Shown: positions 18,090-27,562, counted from the stretch's first letter. The stretch: 64,000 nucleotides of DNA from Terriglobia bacterium (GCA_963696335.1 CAVOJS010000005.1:39910-103909), one strand, 5' to 3'. Program-made: numbers and translations. Notes: generated by a model not told the origin, from the letters alone.

Positions 18090-19046
18090 ATGATCACTCA
18101 GATCAACAGGCGCATGAAGCTCCGGCTGCCTTGGCTGCTGCTGGCGATGAGCGTTCCGGGTTTCGCGGAAGTCGATTTGTCGGGCTCCTGGGCCAGCCTG
18201 AGCGCGGACGACACGCTGCTTCTCGCCGACTACACGGGCATTCCCTATAACGAAGCGGGCCGCGCGAAGGGCCTTAGCTATTCTCAGTCGCAGCTATCCG
18301 AACCCGAGCGGGTGTGCCTTTTCTACACCCAGACGCAAATCTTCGGAGGACCTTTTGGATTGAGGATCTCGAAGGAAACAAACGCCGCTGGGAAGATCAT
18401 TGCCTGGAAGCTCGCGGGGTGGGAAGATCGTGCGCCGATGACGATTTGGGTGGATGGACGTCCGCAGCCTTCCAAGTATGCGCCCCATGATCGGAGCGGT
18501 TACACCACGGGCACATGGGAAGGCGATGTGCTTGTCAGCTATACGACGCATATGAAGTCGGGATATATTCGCCGCAATGGCTCGCCCCATAGCGACCAGG
18601 CAACGCTTACCATTCGCTTCCTGCGACACGCCGATCTTTTAACGCTGTCGGCCGCGCTGGAAGATCCAATCTATCTCTCGGAGCCGCTTCATTGGACTCG
18701 AACCTTTCGGCAGAGCAGGACCGCTGTGGAGCAATTGGATAGTCCTTGCGTGCAAGGGGACGAAGGGGTGCCAGAGGGGGTTGTTCCGCACTACCTGCCC
18801 GGCCAGAATCCGTTCGCCGACGATATGAACAAGGACTACCACATACCGCTCATCGCTTCCCAGGGTGGCGCCGAAACGATGTATCCGGAATTCCGCAAAA
18901 AAATGAAAGATACCTTCGTGCCCGTCGAGAAATGCACGCGCAATTGCACCGCCCGCGGACCCGGCGGACCTCCGCCAGGTGATGGACCGCCCGGCGATCC
19001 GGGTCGCGGCGGTCCCGGTCGCGGCCCTGCTGGTCCACGCAACTAG
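18090..19046 (+). CDS. Secreted protein of the SGxW family, subtype B, with a Pro/Gly-rich C-terminal tail
   Basis: ATG 18090 gives MITQINRRMKLRLPWLLLAMSVPGFAEV. Motifs are DLSGSW, WVDGRPQPS and GYTTGTWEGDVLVSYTTHM. The sequence HYLPGQNPF...IPLIASQGG matches the N-terminal domain of 6128..7975. The tail is GPGGPPPGDGPPGDPGRGGPGRGPAGPRN. Confidence 0.8.
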   Translation: MITQINRRMKLRLPWLLLAMSVPGFAEVDLSGSWASLSADDTLLLADYTGIPYNEAGRAKGLSYSQSQLSEPERVCLFYTQTQIFGGPFGLRISKETNAAGKIIAWKLAGWEDRAPMTIWVDGRPQPSKYAPHDRSGYTTGTWEGDVLVSYTTHMKSGYIRRNGSPHSDQATLTIRFLRHADLLTLSAALEDPIYLSEPLHWTRTFRQSRTAVEQLDSPCVQGDEGVPEGVVPHYLPGQNPFADDMNKDYHIPLIASQGGAETMYPEFRKKMKDTFVPVEKCTRNCTARGPGGPPPGDGPPGDPGRGGPGRGPAGPRN

Positions 19047-19251
19047 ACGCGGCCGTTGCGAAGCATGTTGCTTGGCTTGGTCGTTCCCCTCGCAAACACT
19101 TTCGGTGGAGACATCACTTCACGAAGAGCTACGGAACGGCTGGTTTCAACGCGATCCACTGCCATGGCCGTCATACGCGCGCGGCAGCGCCTTACCGTAG
19201 TTGCGATCCCACACATGCGCGGGCCGCGCCGGACATGTTACGCGGTCTTCT

Positions 19252-22200
19252 TTAGAATCCGATCCTGATTCCGAGCTGGATTTGCCGCGAAGTCCCGATA
19301 ATGCTGGTGACCCTCCCGACGTTCGGATTGAGCGTCCCGTTGGGACCCGCACCGTTGAGAAATACGTTCTGGTTCGGCTGCGCCCAATTCGGATGATTGG
19401 TCAGGTTGAAGATTTCCGCGCGGAATTGCACGTTGAACACTTCCGAGATCTTCCGGATCGGCGTGTTCTTTAAGAACGCCATATCGAGATTGGAAAATCC
19501 CGGGCCACTCAGGGTGCTGCGGCCCAAGTCACCCAGCGTTCCTACCGGCTGCAGAGAGAACGCGGCTGGATTGAAATACTCGGTCGGACCGCCAAGAATC
19601 GGATCGGGGCTCGCACCGGGGACCAGGTTGGGCCGGGCGTCCGCTCCGCCCCCGAGACCAGAGCGGTCGAAACCGGTAAACACCGTGACCGGAGCTCCGG
19701 TTGTACGCGTATAAAGCCCGGTGAGTCTCCAACCTCCCAGCAACACGCCGCGGCCAGGGATCTCATAAATGGTGCTGATCCGCGCCGCCTGCGTGCGGTC
19801 GAAGCTGGAGCGTCCGTAGTCGATCGCAGCGTTATAGGGGTTCGACGGATAGTTCGGCGCGTTCGGACCCGCTTCGGCGCCTTGCCCGGCCGAACCGTCG
19901 TCCATGGATTTGGAGTAAGTGTAGGATACCTGTGTCTGCCAGCGTTGGGCGAAACGCCGGTTCAGGCTGGCAATGAGCCCGTTGTAGTTCGAGTTGCCAA
20001 CCGTATCTCGCATCACGAAGCCGGCGAAGTTCGTATTGAGCCGCACGTTCGGCGTCGTGGTCCCGTTCGGTCCCGCAGTCCCCCACACCCCGTTAATCAA
20101 CTGCGGCGTGTTGTAGTCGCGCGGGAGCAGAAGATGTTCGCCGCGCGAGCCCGTGTAGCCGACCGTCAAGATCATGCCTTTGGTGAGATCGCGCTGGATA
20201 TTCAGGTTGTATTGCATGTTCAGGGGCGTGCTCGCGGATTCCGAGTAAATGCCGATACCGGTCCCCGGCAGCGGCGCCGCGGGACCGGTGCCCGCAAAGG
20301 GATTCGGGAAGCTCGGATTGTTTGCGGTGCCGCTGACGAAGGGGGGCGATCCCCAAATCGCCTGGATGACGTCCTTGGTCTGCAGCAACTGATAGAAGAT
20401 CCCGAATCCGCCGCGAATGGAGGTTTTGTGATCGCCAAAAACGTCGTACGCGAAACCGGCCCGCGGGGCGAAGTTCCGGTTCGTAATGTTGTTCGCGTAT
20501 AGGTTCGGCGTGCTCACATAGCCGGTGCCGGAGACAGCACCATTCACGACCTGAACGTTGTGCAGAAGATTATTCACTTCGCTCGGGTCCGACCCCCACT
20601 CATAGCGCAGGCCGAGATTGAAGGTAAGACGCCGGTTGAACTTCCATTCGTCCTGAACGTAAGGAGCGAAGAACCACGTGCGCAAACCGCGCGTCAGATT
20701 CGTGTAGCCGGGCAGCGGTATCGTAACCAGGTTGGGCGCAGCGGTCAGGAAACCAACCAGATTCGGAAATGTGTAGGTGCCTCCCAGAGCGCCTAAACCG
20801 GTTTCGTTGTCATCGACACGCTCTAAAGACACGCCAGCCCGAATGCTGTGCGCACCGTGCGTCCAAATAATGTCGTCGCCTTCCACATAATGAGTCGGGA
20901 TGAGATAGTTCGGAGCCAGCCCCATGGGTCCCCCGAGCCCAAGGCTGGGTCCTCCGGTTAACGAAACGTGACCGTTGGGCTGTCCAGCGGCGAAATCCAG
21001 GATCGGGACTTGGGGTGAATCCTGCGTTTGTATCTCGGTCGGCCGCGTGAAGCTGACGTGGGCCAGGTTCACCAAAGTGGGAGAAACAATGTGCCGCTCT
21101 TCGATCGTCGCAAAGTTGTTATTGGTCTTATCCAACTCTACGAAGGGCGCCAAGGGCTGGGGGGACCGGTAACTCGCCAAGTCCAGAACGTAGCGGGCGA
21201 AGATATTGTCCTTGTCCGAAAGATTGTAGTCGGCGCGAGCCAGAAGGTAATCTTCGTGCGTAACGTTGGTAATGACCTCCGTGAGGTTGCCGGACCCGGT
21301 CGGGGAAGCCGGCACGCTCGGGAACAACGCCAGGATAGGCGCGATCGAGGGGGCCACGCCCACGAACGCCAGATTCGTGGCGCTGTTACACGTGGCTGCG
21401 TACGCTGCTCCAGCAACGTTGCACGGCAAGTAGCCCTGGTGCGCGTTTACGTCGGGCGTGCCGGTTACCACCGTGGAGGTGCCCTGGGCGGCTCGCACAC
21501 CTTCATAATTCACGAAGAAAAATGCTTTGTCCTTTTTGATCGGGCCGCCGATGCTCCCTCCATATTGATTGCGGCGGAACGCCGGGACATCCGCGACTGA
21601 ATTCCCGGGCAGCACGACCGAATCGAACGGGCTGCGGGAGTCCATGGCGCTGTTCCGCAGGAATTCGTACACCGATCCGTGGAAACTGTTCGTGCCGGAT
21701 TTGCTGGATGCATTTACCACCCCGCCATTCCCGCCGAACTGAGCCGTGTACGTATTGGTGAGCGTTTGGAATTCCGCAATCGCTTCCAGGCCGAGCGACG
21801 ATCCCGCCGCGCCGGATCCTGTGGCGTGGCCCCAGAAGCCCATGAAGTTCGTGTCGTCGATCAGGATCTGCTGCCCAAGCGGGCGGGAACCAGCGATCGA
21901 GTAGTTGTCGCTCTTACCGTAAAATGGGCCTCCCGTATTCGGGATCGTAATGACGCCGGGCGCGAGCGCCATCAGCGATTCGAAATTGCGTCCATTCAGC
22001 GGGAGATCTTCCATCTGCGTGCGCTCCACCAGCGTACCGACGGCAGCCGTCGTCGTATCGACCTGGGATACCTGCGCATCCACTGTGACCGTCTGCTGGG
22101 ATTGCCCGACGGGCAGCGCGATGTCGATGACTGCTTCCGCCCCGACCGTGAGCGTGATGCCCTTGCGCACGACTGTCTGAAAGCCGGTTTCCGCAGCCTC

Positions 22201-22419
22201 CACTTCGTATTCGCCGATCAGCAGTTCGCCGACTCGATAGCGCCCCTGACCGTCGGAGGTCGCGGATCGGACAGTGCCCGTCCCCAGGTCCCTGACATTG
22301 ACCCGTGCTCCCGCGACCGCTGCTCCGGAGGAGTCCGTGAGCGTCCCCGAAATGGTTGCCGTGGTGGTTTGGGCGGGCGAAAGGATCGCTCCCAGGAATA
22401 GGATCAAGACGGCACGCAT
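19252..22419 (-). CDS. TonB-dependent-receptor-like outer-membrane protein with carboxypeptidase-regulatory-like N-terminal domain
   Basis: The likely start is ATG 22419 (MRAVLILFLGAILSPAQ). It carries the motif LPLNGRNFESL and the C-terminal sequence LGIRIGF. It is a paralog of 12610..15864. Confidence 0.9.
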   Translation of the reverse strand: MRAVLILFLGAILSPAQTTTATISGTLTDSSGAAVAGARVNVRDLGTGTVRSATSDGQGRYRVGELLIGEYEVEAAETGFQTVVRKGITLTVGAEAVIDIALPVGQSQQTVTVDAQVSQVDTTTAAVGTLVERTQMEDLPLNGRNFESLMALAPGVITIPNTGGPFYGKSDNYSIAGSRPLGQQILIDDTNFMGFWGHATGSGAAGSSLGLEAIAEFQTLTNTYTAQFGGNGGVVNASSKSGTNSFHGSVYEFLRNSAMDSRSPFDSVVLPGNSVADVPAFRRNQYGGSIGGPIKKDKAFFFVNYEGVRAAQGTSTVVTGTPDVNAHQGYLPCNVAGAAYAATCNSATNLAFVGVAPSIAPILALFPSVPASPTGSGNLTEVITNVTHEDYLLARADYNLSDKDNIFARYVLDLASYRSPQPLAPFVELDKTNNNFATIEERHIVSPTLVNLAHVSFTRPTEIQTQDSPQVPILDFAAGQPNGHVSLTGGPSLGLGGPMGLAPNYLIPTHYVEGDDIIWTHGAHSIRAGVSLERVDDNETGLGALGGTYTFPNLVGFLTAAPNLVTIPLPGYTNLTRGLRTWFFAPYVQDEWKFNRRLTFNLGLRYEWGSDPSEVNNLLHNVQVVNGAVSGTGYVSTPNLYANNITNRNFAPRAGFAYDVFGDHKTSIRGGFGIFYQLLQTKDVIQAIWGSPPFVSGTANNPSFPNPFAGTGPAAPLPGTGIGIYSESASTPLNMQYNLNIQRDLTKGMILTVGYTGSRGEHLLLPRDYNTPQLINGVWGTAGPNGTTTPNVRLNTNFAGFVMRDTVGNSNYNGLIASLNRRFAQRWQTQVSYTYSKSMDDGSAGQGAEAGPNAPNYPSNPYNAAIDYGRSSFDRTQAARISTIYEIPGRGVLLGGWRLTGLYTRTTGAPVTVFTGFDRSGLGGGADARPNLVPGASPDPILGGPTEYFNPAAFSLQPVGTLGDLGRSTLSGPGFSNLDMAFLKNTPIRKISEVFNVQFRAEIFNLTNHPNWAQPNQNVFLNGAGPNGTLNPNVGRVTSIIGTSRQIQLGIRIGF

Positions 22420-22682
22420 GAACCCGGCGCGCGGCAGGATCATCTGGCAACAGGAACGGTTCCCGGGGGAACGCGTGCCCTTAAGCTCCGACATGGATGT
22501 CCTCCTATAGTCGATGGAGCATAACATGCGTCGTGTAAAGATACTGTGCGAGGAAGACAGTAAATTGTTAAGGACGTGTAAAACGCGGCCTGACGAGTGC
22601 GGGATGCATGGCTTGTATCCTCGGCGACCCGAATCCGCATGGTTCCGGATTCACAGCGTCTTCTTGCGGATAATAATGGATC

Positions 22683-23330
22683 ATGGCGCCCAGATGTTCC
22701 GTATCGCTGGCGATCGTGCTGGGCCTGTTTTGCGGCAGCACGGCACTCTGGGCTCAGTCGGACCGTCTCCGGGACCTGGGAATCGGAAAACTTCTCGTCG
22801 CCCGGCGGGACGCGCGAGATCCTGTCTTCGCGGAAACTGTGATCCTGCTGGTCCACTACGATCATTCGGGCACCGTCGGTCTCGCAATCAATCGGCGTAC
22901 GAATGTGCCCATTTCCCGCGCGCTGCGGGAATTTGCGGGGGCAAAAGAACGCTCTGATCCCGTTTTTATGGGAGGTCCCGTGGAGCTCCAGAGCGTGCTG
23001 GCGTTGCTGAAAGCGAATGCGATGCCGGAAGGCGCAACGCACGTCGCCGGCAAAGTCTATCTGGTATCGACGAAGCCGCTGCTCCAAAAAGCGCTGGGAT
23101 CGCGCTCCGAATCCGCGGAGCTTCGCGTTTATCTGGGATATTGTGGATGGGGGCCCGGCCAATTAGAAAGTGAAACTGCGCACGGTTTCTGGCACATCCT
23201 CCCCGCGGAAGCGGATCTGGTCTTCGATCCTAAACCGGAAACTTTATGGTCACGATTGATGGAGCGCGTGGAACAGCACGTCGCGCGAGAGGCTTTCCCT
23301 TCCCCGACCTTCGCGCGATGGTCTCATTGA
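22683..23330 (+). CDS. YqgE/AlgH-family (DUF179-like) protein with a predicted signal peptide
   Basis: Family-like sequences are GKLLVARRDARDPVFAETVILLVHYDHSGTVGLAINR, MGGPVE and YLGYCGWGPGQLESE. The N-terminus MAPRCSVSLAIVLGLFCGSTALWAQ looks like a Sec signal. Confidence 0.75.
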   Translation: MAPRCSVSLAIVLGLFCGSTALWAQSDRLRDLGIGKLLVARRDARDPVFAETVILLVHYDHSGTVGLAINRRTNVPISRALREFAGAKERSDPVFMGGPVELQSVLALLKANAMPEGATHVAGKVYLVSTKPLLQKALGSRSESAELRVYLGYCGWGPGQLESETAHGFWHILPAEADLVFDPKPETLWSRLMERVEQHVAREAFPSPTFARWSH

Positions 23331-23360
23331 GTTCTGACTTCGTCCTTTTCATAGATCCGC

Positions 23361-24392
23361 ATGCGCATCAAACGCCCGCGTGATAAGTTAGCAGCCATGA
23401 CCAAGGCATCGCGGGTGAGAGCGTCGCAACGGAAGCGCACGGATTTTTCCACAGGCGTTTCGTGGATTCGTCGCGATAGGGCGCCGGTCCTCGCCTCTCT
23501 GCTCGGGCTTTGCGTCCTCCTCTCAGCCGGCACTCTGTCGGCCCAGCCGGCGCCCAGGCATCTCAATCCCGTCATCGAAAAACTTGCCGCGGGCAAGCCG
23601 TTCTTCGGCGTGCAGAGCGGCGATCTGTCTCTGGAAAACGCTCGCGCCCTGGCGCGCGCCGACATCGATTATGTGTATTTGGAGATGGAGCACGGGCCCA
23701 TGGATTTCGAGGGGCTGCATCGCTTTACGGTCGGCATGATCGACAAAGCCGCCATCCTCAAGAAGGGCAATGCCCAGCCGAACGTCGCGGTGTTCGCGCG
23801 CTTCGCGCCCTACGGACGAGAGAACGCGCAATGGTTCGTGAAACAAGCGCTGGACATCGGCCTGATGGGAGTGATCTTCAACGGAATCGACAATCGCGAA
23901 CAGGCGTTGCTCGCGGTGCGCAACATGCGCTACCCGCAAAGAAAGACTTCAAAGTATCCCGAGCCGCCGGGACTGCGCGGCTATGCTCCCGGTACAGCGC
24001 TGTGGTGGTGGGGCATTCCCGAAGCGGAATATGAGCGGAGAGCGGACGTTTGGCCGCTGAATCCCGACGGCGATCTTCTCGCCATCATGATGATCGAGAC
24101 CGCCGACGGACTTCGCAACGCCGACGCCATCGCGTCCGTACCCGGAGTCGGGGCCATCTTCGTAGGAGTGGGGAACGACCTTTCTCAGTATCTGGGTGTT
24201 GAACACAACTCGCCGGAGTTGGAGCAGGGTCTCCAGACCATCCTGAAAGCATGCCTGGCGCACAATGTGCCATGCGGGATCACGGCGCTGAATGCAACCG
24301 ACATCGCCAGGAGGCTTGCGGAAGGCTGGAAGATGATTCGTTCTACCGAAGCGGCTCTCCTGCAGTGGCGCACGAATACCGCGGGGCGATAG
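23361..24392 (+). CDS. HpcH/HpaI-family aldolase-like protein with an N-terminal export signal
   Basis: Family-like sequences are DIDYVYLEMEHGPMDFEGL and IMMIETADGLRNADAIASVPGVGAIFVGVGNDLSQ. The N-terminus WIRRDRAPVLASLLGLCVLLSAGTLSAQ looks like an export signal. ATG 23397 is an alternative start. Confidence 0.75.
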   Translation: MRIKRPRDKLAAMTKASRVRASQRKRTDFSTGVSWIRRDRAPVLASLLGLCVLLSAGTLSAQPAPRHLNPVIEKLAAGKPFFGVQSGDLSLENARALARADIDYVYLEMEHGPMDFEGLHRFTVGMIDKAAILKKGNAQPNVAVFARFAPYGRENAQWFVKQALDIGLMGVIFNGIDNREQALLAVRNMRYPQRKTSKYPEPPGLRGYAPGTALWWWGIPEAEYERRADVWPLNPDGDLLAIMMIETADGLRNADAIASVPGVGAIFVGVGNDLSQYLGVEHNSPELEQGLQTILKACLAHNVPCGITALNATDIARRLAEGWKMIRSTEAALLQWRTNTAGR

Positions 24393-24450
24393 CCAAAGGA
24401 CCGATGTCTGCCCCGCGCGGCACATAACACGCCGCAACGCGAGCGTACGA

Positions 24451-25164
24451 CTATTGATTCGACGGGCGTCCGCCGGCTTCAAATTTCTCGAAGCCGAGCG
24501 TATCAATACAATACATTTCCGCGATGTCCCACTTGGGCTGCAACTTCATGTTGAAGGAAACGGTAAACGGCGCTGTGTAAGCCTTCGGATCCTCGAGGGT
24601 TACTTCGATCGCGAGGTTATCGGCCGCGCTCCGCTTAAGCTTCTCGATGACATGCAGTTGATCGCTGTGAGCGCGCCCCAGGCGGTCGATCCAGGTCTGG
24701 TCGTTGAACCCGACGGTATCGACCACCAGCGTGTCACCCTCCCAGTGGCCGATGGAATGGCCCAGCCAGGTGGGCTCGGCGTCTTCCGGGTGCTTACGGC
24801 CGTCCGTGAAGACGTGGCGAACCGTGTGGTCGTATTCGTACATCAGAACAACCTGTCCCGGAATCTGAACGATCTGCAGGGGGAAGGGATGAAAATAGAT
24901 GCGCGGCACGCCGGGAGGAAGACACTTATAGACCGGATCGTTGGTTTGCGTGAGCAAGACACTCTTAGGCCCGAACGAAGGTTTCGCGGCGTCAAGCTTC
25001 GCCTTGGCCCAAGGCGTCATCAACGGATCGCCCTTCTCGTAAATCTGGGCGGAAAGTCCTCGCGCCGACCATACGCCCGTGATATCGGGGCCCTTGTCTT
25101 GCGCCCACCCACTCCACGAAAGCACAACCATCCCGACGACCGCCAACCACGCAGAACTTCGCAT
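24451..25164 (-). CDS. Secreted protein of the SGxW family, unpaired divergent member
   Basis: ATG 25164 is preceded by GAGGAGAGG. The signal peptide is MRSSAWLAVVGMVVLSWSGWAQ. Motifs are DITGVW, FTDGRKHPED and GHSIGHWEGDTLVVDTVGFND, with a Cys pair (YKCLPPG ... MYCID). Confidence 0.8.
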   Translation of the reverse strand: MRSSAWLAVVGMVVLSWSGWAQDKGPDITGVWSARGLSAQIYEKGDPLMTPWAKAKLDAAKPSFGPKSVLLTQTNDPVYKCLPPGVPRIYFHPFPLQIVQIPGQVVLMYEYDHTVRHVFTDGRKHPEDAEPTWLGHSIGHWEGDTLVVDTVGFNDQTWIDRLGRAHSDQLHVIEKLKRSAADNLAIEVTLEDPKAYTAPFTVSFNMKLQPKWDIAEMYCIDTLGFEKFEAGGRPSNQ

Positions 25165-25321
25165 CTGAACCTCTCCTCGCATTAGAGCCAACACGCCACA
25201 GCGCCATGGGGACGAGCGGGTGGCTGAGCCCAGAACCAATTTTCGCACTTCCGGTAACGTGCAGTGCAGAGCGAACGACGAAAGCCCCGCGAAGCCGTGC
25301 AATGACCGCGTTGACGCAAGG

Positions 25322-25972
25322 CTACTTCAGGCGGCTCTTGATTTTGTTCAATCCGGCAATTGCGCAGACTTCATCCTGATTCCCGCCCGCTGCGCCGCTC
25401 GCACCGATGGCGCCAATCAACTCGGTTCCAACCATGATCGGCACCGCTCCCTCCATGACAAACATGTTGGGAGTCACCCGCGCCAGGAGCGCCGGATCCT
25501 TGGGCACGACCTCGCTCGCTTGGGAACTCGGCATCTTGAACGCCAAGGCAACCAACGCTTTCCTCACCCCGACGTAAACGTGTCCGCCGTCCGAACCATC
25601 CGATTCCACCATGGCGCGCGGCTGCCCCGACGTGTCTATCACGCTCGCGCCAACATAAAAACCTCCCGCCTCGCAGGCCTCGACAGCCGCACGCGCGGCC
25701 TCGATCGCCAGCGACATTTCAGGACCTCTTGTGTTGACCGGCCCTCTGCGCTGCGCCGGGCCTTTCTTGTTATTCGCGCCCGGCGGCCTCTGCGGCTGTG
25801 ATACGAACTTCCCGCTCTCGTCCAACATTCCGAAGGGCGGCAGAGTATCACCTGGCAAGCTCGCAGGAGAAGCGGGTTTATCAGGCGGACGGCCTCCCGG
25901 TCCCTGGGCAAATGTCATGGCGCAGATGACGCCGAACAAACAACCCGCACCAATTGCAATTCGTTTCCTCAT
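25322..25972 (-). CDS. GlcG/HbpS-like (DUF336) protein, secreted, with a Pro-rich linker
   Basis: The signal peptide is MRKRIAIGAGCLFGVICAMTFAQ. The C-terminal domain carries GGFYVGASVIDTSG and IGAIGASGAAGGNQDEVCA. It has an ATGA overlap with the upstream gene. Confidence 0.8.
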   Translation of the reverse strand: MRKRIAIGAGCLFGVICAMTFAQGPGGRPPDKPASPASLPGDTLPPFGMLDESGKFVSQPQRPPGANNKKGPAQRRGPVNTRGPEMSLAIEAARAAVEACEAGGFYVGASVIDTSGQPRAMVESDGSDGGHVYVGVRKALVALAFKMPSSQASEVVPKDPALLARVTPNMFVMEGAVPIMVGTELIGAIGASGAAGGNQDEVCAIAGLNKIKSRLK

Positions 25973-26712
25973 CGGCTTATGCTCCTCAGCTCCTCCGCTT
26001 GTTTAGGGTATTCCAGCTTCGTATAAAAGTCACCTCGTCCCTGAGGCGTGAGATCCAGGATATGCCAAATTGGACACATTAGATCGATGCCGCGCTCCTT
26101 GATTTCCGGAGACATCCATGGGTGCGCCGTGTAGAAATGCTGAACTGTGCCCTCGCTATCCCGCGTGAAGACTGAAATCGTGGAATCCTGCCGGCCCTCC
26201 CGGTCTTCGCTTCCGAGATCGTATTTGAATCTGCTATCTCCCGCACTTAATAGACGCAACCGATTCCAGCCACGGCCGCGAGCGTGTGCGCGCAAGGCCG
26301 CCGGATCGGCTGCGGCGACGACCGCAAAGTCGACTTTCTGGGCAATGTGATGAGCGACTCCGTTGATGCCGTCGATCCAGGCGGTGCACATCGGACATGG
26401 CTTCGTCTGGCGTTTGCCATACATCAGGTGGTAAATCACCAGCGGCCTATCGGGCGCGGAGAACAGTTCGCTCAGCCGGACGGTTCGCGTGGGCGCATCG
26501 CCCGAATCCAGATCGGCAGGATCTTCAATGAACTCGTAGTCCTCAAAGGCCGCAGTGGGCGAAAGGTGGCGACGCAGCTCGGCTACACGCTCCCGCTGAC
26601 GCATCAATTCTATTTCGGCCAGGCGAAGCTCTTCGCGTCTGCTCAGATACTCGGCCGATTCGTGGGTCAGGTTGGTGTGGCGGAATGTGCCGTCGATCGT
26701 TTCGCGCACCAT
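25969..26712 (-). CDS. DUF899-like thioredoxin-fold protein
   Basis: It carries YLSRREELRLAEIELMRQRERVAELRR and the motif KPCPMCTAWIDG. AAGGAGGA lies upstream of ATG 26712. Confidence 0.75.
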   Translation of the reverse strand: MVRETIDGTFRHTNLTHESAEYLSRREELRLAEIELMRQRERVAELRRHLSPTAAFEDYEFIEDPADLDSGDAPTRTVRLSELFSAPDRPLVIYHLMYGKRQTKPCPMCTAWIDGINGVAHHIAQKVDFAVVAAADPAALRAHARGRGWNRLRLLSAGDSRFKYDLGSEDREGRQDSTISVFTRDSEGTVQHFYTAHPWMSPEIKERGIDLMCPIWHILDLTPQGRGDFYTKLEYPKQAEELRSISR

Positions 26713-26839
26713 GAAGGTTCTTCCTCCTTAACTATTTTCACTCGTAACGGGCGCCCCGCCAGGCTTCTAGGCGACGCGAACGATTAGACGGCGGTGAACT
26801 TGTATCGCGAATCGATCGCGATTACGCTCGATCCCATAA

Positions 26840-27544
26840 TTATTGGAGCGTAGCCAGATAGGCGGCGACGTTCGAAGCTTCCTCGGGCGAATAATTCTCC
26901 AGGAGCGTCCGATGCCGGATCCGTGCGGCGTCTCCCTTCTGTTCGTGTAAGCGCTCGAGGCTCCATGACGGGAGCTCGTCCATAAAACGGGGCCGGAGGA
27001 ACGCGGCTTTGAGCGCCGTACCGGAATATTTCCTGCCAACACCGGCCAAATCCCCCGAAACCGAATGACAGGCCGCGCACTTTTCCTGGAAGTACCGGCT
27101 GCCCGCAGCCGCGTTGCCGGGGGCGTTCGCTTCGATAAGCTCCTTGAAACGGCCCTGTGCGCGGGCGTAGTGGATCCAGCGCGCGATTGCATTCAACTGC
27201 TCATCGGTCAAATCGGAAAACTGCGGCATCGGCGAGAGCTTGGCCGTTTGCGGAATTCCTGCCCGTAGCAAGGCCACGATCTGCTTGCCGTCCGTATCGC
27301 GTCCTACGAACTTCGAATGCAACAGGTCGGTCGCTTCCCCACGCGACTCGAGATTCAACCCGTGACAATACGCGCAGCCAAACACCACGTAAGTTTCCTT
27401 GGCGTGCTGCATCACGGGGTCGGGCAAAGGTTGGCCGATGAAATCGAAGTCGTACGATTCCTTTGGAACCGATTGCGCGCACAGAGCAGCGGACGCCACG
27501 ACAAGCGCGAGCGCGTACACAAAAGGTTGATATCGATCGCTCAT
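26840..27544 (-). CDS. Dihaem c-type cytochrome, secreted
   Basis: It has two CxxCH motifs (CAYCHG and CAACHS) and the signal peptide MSDRYQPFVYALALVVASAALCAQ. Confidence 0.85.
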   Translation of the reverse strand: MSDRYQPFVYALALVVASAALCAQSVPKESYDFDFIGQPLPDPVMQHAKETYVVFGCAYCHGLNLESRGEATDLLHSKFVGRDTDGKQIVALLRAGIPQTAKLSPMPQFSDLTDEQLNAIARWIHYARAQGRFKELIEANAPGNAAAGSRYFQEKCAACHSVSGDLAGVGRKYSGTALKAAFLRPRFMDELPSWSLERLHEQKGDAARIRHRTLLENYSPEEASNVAAYLATLQ

Positions 27545-27562
27545 AACGAAACTCTTTCAGTG

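Noticed and set aside
22631-22652. A hairpin GAATCCG-N8-CGGATTC in the divergent region upstream of the YqgE/AlgH-like gene.
   Set aside because: It is only a 7-bp stem, it occurs once, and there is no adjacent U-tract or recognisable riboswitch or operator context.
26804-26822. A palindrome ATCGCGA-ATCGA-TCGCGAT between the cytochrome c gene and the DUF899-like gene.
   Set aside because: It is a short 7-bp stem without a U-tract. It could be a weak attenuator or a protein-binding site, but nothing in the sequence supports either.
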